From Candidatus Bilamarchaeaceae archaeon (lineage in GTDB: Archaea > Micrarchaeota > Micrarchaeia > Anstonellales > Bilamarchaeaceae): a stretch of 64,000 nt of DNA. Position numbers and translations under genes: made by a program. Each line of letters starts with the position of its first letter. Positions within the stretch are counted from its first letter, which is position 1. Shown here in pieces: positions 57,990-64,000 of the stretch. Under the pieces are notes generated by a model. That model was not told the DNA's origin. It did no database searches and saw nothing but the letters and a program-made list of their open reading frames with translations. The stretch covers positions 1-64,000 of the forward strand of contig JAVZJR010000004.1 in assembly GCA_038870635.1 (NCBI GenBank). Direction: 5' to 3'.

Positions 57990-60557
57990 ATGGAGAATCC
58001 AAAAGGTTTATCTAGTGCGGAAGCAAAGAGATTGCTTGAAAAGTTTGGGCCTAATTCTTTACCTGAGAAAAAAAGAAGACCGTTGTGGAAATTGTTTCTT
58101 GATCAATTTCAAGATACAATGATCATTGTTCTTATTATTGCTGCTATCATTTCTTATCTTCTGGGCGAAGCAACAGATGCATTTCTTATCATTTTTATAG
58201 TTTTATTAAACGGTGTATTAGGCTTTGTGCAAGAGTATAAAGCGGAGCAAGCATTCAAAGCTTTAAAAGCAATGCTCACGCAAAATGCTCGGGTATGGCG
58301 TGATGGTAAGCTAAAGTCTATTGATGTTAAAGAAATAGTCCCCGGTGATTTGGTACTTTTAGAAGCAGGCGACCGTGTTCCAGCCGATGGGGTTTTTGTT
58401 GAAGGTTTTTCTTTTGCATGTGATGAAGCAATGCTCACTGGTGAATCCGTGCCTGTACATAAAAAGAAAGATGACCGCGTTTTTATGGGAACGACTTGTT
58501 TATCTGGAAAAGGGCATATTTTGGTTGATAAGACAGGTGCTGCTACTGATGTGGGAAGGGTGGCGGAGTTAGTGCAGGAAGTCGAAGAGGAAAGAACCCC
58601 ATTAGAAGTTGATTTTGAAAAACTCGGAAAATCTATTGCAATAGGCGTATTGGTCCTTTGTTTTTTTATTTTTGTTGCGGGGGTTCTACATGGTTTTGAA
58701 ATATTTGAAATGTTTATAACCTCTATTAGTTTAGCCGTTGCGGCTATTCCTGAAGGCTTACCTGCTGTGTTAACCATAATCTTAGCCGTTGGAGTACAAA
58801 GAATGGCAAAAAGAAAGGCTTTGATAAGAAAATTAAAAGCAGTTGAGACTCTTGGTTGTACTACAGTTATCGCAACAGATAAGACTGGTACACTTACACG
58901 AAATGAAATGGTCGTTAAAAAAATTTATGTGAACAATCGCCTTATTGATGTTGACGGGATTGGTTATACACCAAAAGGCAACTTTTACGAGAAAGGAAAA
59001 AAAATAACTATCGGTAAAGATGAAGAATTACTTTTAAGGATAGGGCTTCTTTGTAATTCATCATACTTGCGAGATGATGAAAAAAAAGGATGGCATATTA
59101 TAGGAGATTCAACAGAAGGGGCTCTTGTAGTGCTTGCAGCAAAGGCAGATATGTGGAAAGACGATGCCTCTAAAAATTTTCCAGAAGTGGCAGTTTTCCC
59201 ATTTGATTCTGAAAGAAAAAGAATGACAACAATACATAAAATTGAGAAAGGACGGGTAGCATATTCAAAAGGTGCGCCCGAATCTATCATATCTGTTTCA
59301 TCTTTTATATTAAAAAATAGCAAAAAAGTAAAACTAACACAAAAAGACAAAGAAGAAGTGCTAAACCTTGCAAATTCATTTGCTTCAGACGGTTATCGTG
59401 TACTTGCGTTTGCTTATCGTGAAATTGACCATATCGAACTTTCTGCAGATAAAGTTGAAAAGGATCTTGTATTTATCGGCCTGGCCGCAATGATAGACGC
59501 TCCCAGGCAAGAAGTAAAGGACGCCGTAGCTATGTGTAAATCTGCGGGTATAAAAGTAATCATGATAACTGGCGACCATCCATTAACTGCTAAGAATATA
59601 GCTGCTTATCTTGGCTTTTTTAATGGTAAGATGATGACGGGGGAGCAACTTGATAAAATAGGTGAAGATGAACTTCTTTCCATTGTTGATGAAGTTTCAG
59701 TGTATGCAAGAGTAAATCCTACTCATAAGTTGCGTATAGTTGAAGCATTGAAAAGAAAAGGACATGTTGTTGCGGTTACTGGTGATGGAGTTAACGATGC
59801 ACCAGCACTTAAAAAAGCAGATATAGGAATAGCGATGGGCATTACAGGCACTGATGTTTCAAAAGAAAGTGCAGATATGGTCCTTAACGATGATAATTTC
59901 TCTACTATTGTTGCTGCTGTTGAAGAAGGTCGTGGCGTTTACGATAACATCAAAAAAACCATCACTTACCTGTTTTCTGGGAATATAGCGGAAGTAGCAA
60001 TAATATTTTTTGCTATAATGCTAGGTTTTCCGCTTCCACTTCTTGCCTTCCAAATACTATGGATAAACTTAATAACTGATGGTCTTCCTGCTCTTGCTTT
60101 GGCAGTGGAACCTATTGAGAAAGATGTGATGAAAAGAAAGCCGAGAAGTAGAAACGAATCAGTATGGAAGGATACCTATTTGTTTATCGTTGAAGCTCCA
60201 CTTTTGCTTACAGCTATGTGTCTAGGCATATTCTTTTTTGAGCTTACATACGTAAATGATTTAGTAAGGGCTCAAACAATGGTTTTCACCATGCTTATTA
60301 TGGGCGAAAAATTGCTTGCTTTTAGTGTGCGTCATTTAAATAAAACAGTAATTAATGATCTATTCTCAAATAAATGGTTAGTTCTTTTAGTAATCGTAAC
60401 TACATTAATTCATTTTGCTATATTGTACGTTGAAGATTTATCTCATATATTTAAAGTGGTGCCTCTCACTCTGTTTGATTGGGGGCTTATTTTTGTTTTT
60501 TCCTTTATCTTATTTTCTTACATAGAGCTTAGAAAATGGTTGTCTTATAAAAAATAA
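57990..60557 (+). CDS. P2A-type (Ca2+-transporting) P-type ATPase
   Basis: LTGES, IPEGLP, DKTGTLT, KGAPE, MITGD, TGDGVND, LWINLITDG. Confidence 0.95.
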   Translation: MENPKGLSSAEAKRLLEKFGPNSLPEKKRRPLWKLFLDQFQDTMIIVLIIAAIISYLLGEATDAFLIIFIVLLNGVLGFVQEYKAEQAFKALKAMLTQNARVWRDGKLKSIDVKEIVPGDLVLLEAGDRVPADGVFVEGFSFACDEAMLTGESVPVHKKKDDRVFMGTTCLSGKGHILVDKTGAATDVGRVAELVQEVEEERTPLEVDFEKLGKSIAIGVLVLCFFIFVAGVLHGFEIFEMFITSISLAVAAIPEGLPAVLTIILAVGVQRMAKRKALIRKLKAVETLGCTTVIATDKTGTLTRNEMVVKKIYVNNRLIDVDGIGYTPKGNFYEKGKKITIGKDEELLLRIGLLCNSSYLRDDEKKGWHIIGDSTEGALVVLAAKADMWKDDASKNFPEVAVFPFDSERKRMTTIHKIEKGRVAYSKGAPESIISVSSFILKNSKKVKLTQKDKEEVLNLANSFASDGYRVLAFAYREIDHIELSADKVEKDLVFIGLAAMIDAPRQEVKDAVAMCKSAGIKVIMITGDHPLTAKNIAAYLGFFNGKMMTGEQLDKIGEDELLSIVDEVSVYARVNPTHKLRIVEALKRKGHVVAVTGDGVNDAPALKKADIGIAMGITGTDVSKESADMVLNDDNFSTIVAAVEEGRGVYDNIKKTITYLFSGNIAEVAIIFFAIMLGFPLPLLAFQILWINLITDGLPALALAVEPIEKDVMKRKPRSRNESVWKDTYLFIVEAPLLLTAMCLGIFFFELTYVNDLVRAQTMVFTMLIMGEKLLAFSVRHLNKTVINDLFSNKWLVLLVIVTTLIHFAILYVEDLSHIFKVVPLTLFDWGLIFVFSFILFSYIELRKWLSYKK

Positions 60558-60575
60558 TGAGTATGGATGGTATAT

Positions 60576-60725
60576 ATGGAAATCGCAGGGCTATGTGGAA
60601 TATGCAAAAAACCCGCAAGGGCTTTGATTTCGTGTATGCTATGTGGCAAGTTAGTTTGCGCGCTATGCCATTTCCAAGGTGTGTGTAAGGATTGTAGCAA
60701 AGGTCGCCATCTGAATCAGAGGTAG
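60576..60725 (+). CDS. small 8-Cys zinc-finger protein (not in ORF track)
   Basis: 49 aa MEIAGLCGICKKPARALISCMLCGKLVCALCHFQGVCKDCSKGRHLNQR with four CxxC; fills the gap between co-oriented genes. Confidence 0.8.
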   Translation: MEIAGLCGICKKPARALISCMLCGKLVCALCHFQGVCKDCSKGRHLNQR

Positions 60726-60728
60726 AAT

Positions 60729-61679
60729 ATGTTTTTTTTAGATCTTGCGCTTTTGTTGTTTTTTATTTTCGTTCTATCCAAAACGGCAGACTTCGCAGTT
60801 GAAAACGCCGTAAAGATTTCTAGCTTTATTGGTTTGTCTAAACTTGCAGTTGGTTTGTTTTTAGTTTCAGTTCTTACCACTTTGCCAGAATTCACTGTAT
60901 CTGTTTTATCTTCTTTGGCCGGTGCTGGAGAGATCGCAGCCGGTAATGTTTTCGGTTCTGTGGTGACTAATCTTATTCTTGTCTTAGGCTTTAGCGGTTT
61001 CCTGCACGGTGTAAAATTTAGTAAAAACGAAATAAAAGAAATTTTTATTGCAATATTGCTGATTTTTGCGATTTCAGTTTATGTCTTATTTGGAATTTTT
61101 TTGAAAGATATAACACTAGATTGGATAGAAGGAGTAGGGTTTCTTTTAGTTTTCATTTTTTATTTCACTCATTTTATCAAGAAAAAAAGTAGTGAAAACG
61201 ATTTGCACGTTGCAAAAAAAGAAGTTGCATTTTCTTTCATTATTTTTGTTTTTTCTATAATAGGTGTTATTTTGAGTTCAAATCTTTGTGTGGGATATGC
61301 ATTGAAGATTGTTGAAGAAAGCAACTTATCCTCTGCTTTTATAGGTCTTACAATAATCTCGATTGGTACATCATTGCCAGAACTTTCGGTGATATTGCAA
61401 GCAGCGAAAAGAAAAGAATATGGTGTTGCTGTTGGGAATAGTATTGGGAGTAGTATCATAAACATAACATTTATACTGGGTGCTTCTTCACTAATCCGAC
61501 CATTGGCTCTGCATTCAGTAACTTTGATCATCGGTGTTATATTTTCTATTATCGCTGCAGTTTTTTTGCTTTATTTTGGTGCGCACCGCCAAAATATAAG
61601 CAGAGGAAGTGGTCTAATTTTTCTCCTTTGTTACTTATTTTTCTTAGTTCTTCTTTTTTACTCAAATAACTATCTATGA
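60729..61679 (+). CDS. sodium:calcium antiporter (CaCA, YrbG-like)
   Basis: Two alpha repeats, TTLPE..GNVFGS..TN and GTSLPE..GNSIGS..IN. Confidence 0.93.
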   Translation: MFFLDLALLLFFIFVLSKTADFAVENAVKISSFIGLSKLAVGLFLVSVLTTLPEFTVSVLSSLAGAGEIAAGNVFGSVVTNLILVLGFSGFLHGVKFSKNEIKEIFIAILLIFAISVYVLFGIFLKDITLDWIEGVGFLLVFIFYFTHFIKKKSSENDLHVAKKEVAFSFIIFVFSIIGVILSSNLCVGYALKIVEESNLSSAFIGLTIISIGTSLPELSVILQAAKRKEYGVAVGNSIGSSIINITFILGASSLIRPLALHSVTLIIGVIFSIIAAVFLLYFGAHRQNISRGSGLIFLLCYLFFLVLLFYSNNYL

Positions 61680-61731
61680 CAAAAACATAGCATAGTTATA
61701 TAAATAGATTACATAAAACTAATATGCAGTT

Positions 61732-63483
61732 ATGGGTGGGAAAATGAAAAAGCTTATTTTATTTGCTTTCATAGTAGGTATCGCTTTTTTAGTGCTTGGT
61801 TGCTTGCAACAAGACGGTGAAAAGCAAACACAAAATCAAAATAGTGTTCAAGCACCAAAAGTTGTTGTGTTCTATGACCCTGCTAATGATGGGTTGGAGA
61901 AATTAATAATGGAGAAAACAAAAAATCATTTGCCATCAGTTGCTTTTGATTTTAAGTGCGTTGATTTTACAAAGATTATGTACGGCCAAGCAAGCCAATC
62001 AGAGCAAAAATGTCTTATGGAAGATCAATCCTATCAACAGAATATGGATCTTTTTAACAACCTTCTCCAAAAAAACATGACTGCTGTTATTTATGTAAAT
62101 AAAGACGGAAATTATCTTCCAGTTCAAGTAGCAATCCATCCCCTAACTCTCGCAAAGAATATCTGTTCTTCTTATAACTATACTGAGTGTATCTATTTAC
62201 CTCAAAATAAGCAATTAAAAGTTAAGGTTTATGCAAAAAATGCGAACGACATCCAATTTTATTCTCAATTGTTCTCAGTTCTTTCAAATTCTGGTCTTAA
62301 TCTAGACCAAGAGCTCAAAATAGCTGATGAAGATGGCGTGCAATCATTGAAAAAGTCTACTAATGCAAAATTCCTTCCAATAATGTTAATCGAAAATGGA
62401 GCAGAAGACGATAATTTTGTGTTGGATATGTACACTGATTATATAATGCAAAGTTCGTCACTTTTTGAAGCCAAAAAAATAGATGATGGCTATGTTTTCT
62501 ATCCCAGGGGAGGCACGGCAGAGTACTATATCGGGGATGAACCTCTTATTGGAGCAAGTGCTTATGTTCCACAAGGAGAAACAAGTACGTATATAGGTAT
62601 TTTCGATGGTTTAAGTTTTGTAGGTGTTTACTTGAATACAACTTACAAAGAGCTCAACAAAAGTGCAGCAAATGATTTAGGTAAAAAAACAAATATTTCT
62701 TATTTACCAATCTTAGTAATAGAATCCGATAACTTAACTGATAACCAGAAAAAAGTACTTGAGAGTCTTATAGCACAGCCATTACAGATACAAAGTGGTT
62801 TGGTTCTGTATGTTAAGCAAATTGATGGTGTTTATTATGCATATACTTCTCTTTCCTCGCCAGAGCTCTACATAGGAAAGAAGTTAGAGAAAGTTACACT
62901 TGATCTTTATGTCATGTCGCACTGTCCTTTTGGCATACAAATGCAAAAAGCTTTTGTACCGGTAGTTGAGGCTTTTAAGGACAGCGGTCGTTTACAAGTT
63001 AATAATAAGTTTGTTTATTACACCATGCACGGTGATGAGGAAACAAATGACAATTTATATGAATATTGTGTAGGCGCAAAGGTGCCTGCAAAAGAATGGG
63101 ATTTCATAAAATGTTTTATAGAGAATAATGGCGACGAAAACAAATGTATGCAGAATCTTGGTATAGATAAAAACTTAATAGATCAGTGCGTTAGCGAATC
63201 AAAAGCAAAGTATAAAATAAGCGGTACTTCGTTCCCCATTTATGCAGAAGAAAACCAAAAGTACGGAGTGCAAGGTTCACCTACAGTTGTTTTTATGGGA
63301 AAGCAAGTGCAGTTGAATAGAAGTCCAGAGGCTATAAAAGAGTTTGTTTGCAGTATGCTTGAGGAACCATTGCCAGCAGCATGCAGCGCAAATTTAAGTA
63401 ATAATATTGTAGCTTATGGTTTTGGTCCTATAGATAGTACTTCCTCGCCCTCTTCTGCTGGATCGGTAGGAAGTTGTGGTTAA
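61732..63483 (+). CDS. lipoprotein with multiple thioredoxin-like domains, C-terminal DsbA/GILT-like domain
   Basis: LGC lipobox-like signal; YVMSHCPFG, MHGDEE, YGVQGSPT cis-Pro; two internal repeats ending LPI.LIE. Confidence 0.75.
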   Translation: MGGKMKKLILFAFIVGIAFLVLGCLQQDGEKQTQNQNSVQAPKVVVFYDPANDGLEKLIMEKTKNHLPSVAFDFKCVDFTKIMYGQASQSEQKCLMEDQSYQQNMDLFNNLLQKNMTAVIYVNKDGNYLPVQVAIHPLTLAKNICSSYNYTECIYLPQNKQLKVKVYAKNANDIQFYSQLFSVLSNSGLNLDQELKIADEDGVQSLKKSTNAKFLPIMLIENGAEDDNFVLDMYTDYIMQSSSLFEAKKIDDGYVFYPRGGTAEYYIGDEPLIGASAYVPQGETSTYIGIFDGLSFVGVYLNTTYKELNKSAANDLGKKTNISYLPILVIESDNLTDNQKKVLESLIAQPLQIQSGLVLYVKQIDGVYYAYTSLSSPELYIGKKLEKVTLDLYVMSHCPFGIQMQKAFVPVVEAFKDSGRLQVNNKFVYYTMHGDEETNDNLYEYCVGAKVPAKEWDFIKCFIENNGDENKCMQNLGIDKNLIDQCVSESKAKYKISGTSFPIYAEENQKYGVQGSPTVVFMGKQVQLNRSPEAIKEFVCSMLEEPLPAACSANLSNNIVAYGFGPIDSTSSPSSAGSVGSCG

Positions 63484-63492
63484 TCTATATTT

Positions 63493-63822
63493 TTATCTTT
63501 CTTTTTGGATTTTTGTAATACGTATCCATTCATTGATTAATTCGTTCGCATTTCCTATCGAAATAACCATCAATTCTTCGCTTTCTAAACCTTTGTTTAA
63601 TATTTCAGCAATTGTTGTTCCCAGCGCTGCATTATTTTCCTCTTTGCATCTATCCAAAAAGTAATCGAAGGCCGGTGCATATTTGTTGAATCTTTTTTTA
63701 CTCTTGTCAATAACTTCAACTAATTTTTTTTCATATTTTCCTTGAAGTTTATGGTCACACGTTTTGAATATTGCAACCCATGTTTGTATTGTTTCATATG
63801 GTATTTTTCCTTTTGCCATCAT
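63493..63822 (-). CDS. hypothetical protein
   Basis: 109-aa ORF with a GAGG SD-like site upstream. Confidence 0.55.
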   Translation of the reverse strand: MMAKGKIPYETIQTWVAIFKTCDHKLQGKYEKKLVEVIDKSKKRFNKYAPAFDYFLDRCKEENNAALGTTIAEILNKGLESEELMVISIGNANELINEWIRITKIQKER

Positions 63823-63848
63823 ATTAATTTACCTCTTATCTTATTTAA

Positions 63849-64000
63849 TTATAAGCTAATATAATTATAAATAAACGCAATGGCGTTGCGTACCCATGGT
63901 GGTAAATCTTCTTTTTGGAGATGCCATTTGGCCAAAGTTTTATTAATATCTTCGATTAGTGAAACAACCATCTTCGCGGTTTTGTTATCTAGGCCCATTT
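63849..64000 (-). CDS. probable C-terminal fragment of a gene running off the window end
   Basis: Open frame ...MGLDNKTAKMVVSLIEDINKTLAKWHLQKEDLPPWVRNAIAFIYNYISL-stop. Confidence 0.45.
   Translation of the reverse strand, partial: MGLDNKTAKMVVSLIEDINKTLAKWHLQKEDLPPWVRNAIAFIYNYISL

Overview
Gene-dense, AT-rich archaeal chromosome segment. The archaeal call rests on aRF1, the exosome superoperon, Alba, Hjc, LonB, Cdc48, the eL18-uL13-uS9-Rpo10-uS2 cluster and BHB-type tRNA introns. The compact layout and many Cys-rich lineage-specific secreted proteins suggest a DPANN lineage, probably Micrarchaeota (inference). About 60 CDSs and four intron-containing tRNAs (Thr-GGT, Lys-TTT, Cys-GCA, Pro-GGG) are supported; no rRNA, CRISPR array, integrase or transposase was recognised. 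The most striking observations are: (1) the 39-nt tRNA-Cys intron looks like a minimal box C'/D' kink-turn guide whose +5 target is G39 of its own tRNA; (2) a near-identical, modular hairpin-repeat element lies directly 3' of two different tRNA genes, and one unit carries a double-hairpin insert; (3) a 1609-aa membrane protein is followed by a secreted lytic-transglycosylase-domain protein, and a second lysozyme-fold candidate lies elsewhere; (4) a PPR-like repeat protein; (5) a T-loop (58/59) intron in tRNA-Pro; (6) a cysteine-free RpoP missed by the ORF track. All protein calls come from motif recognition by eye, not database searches.
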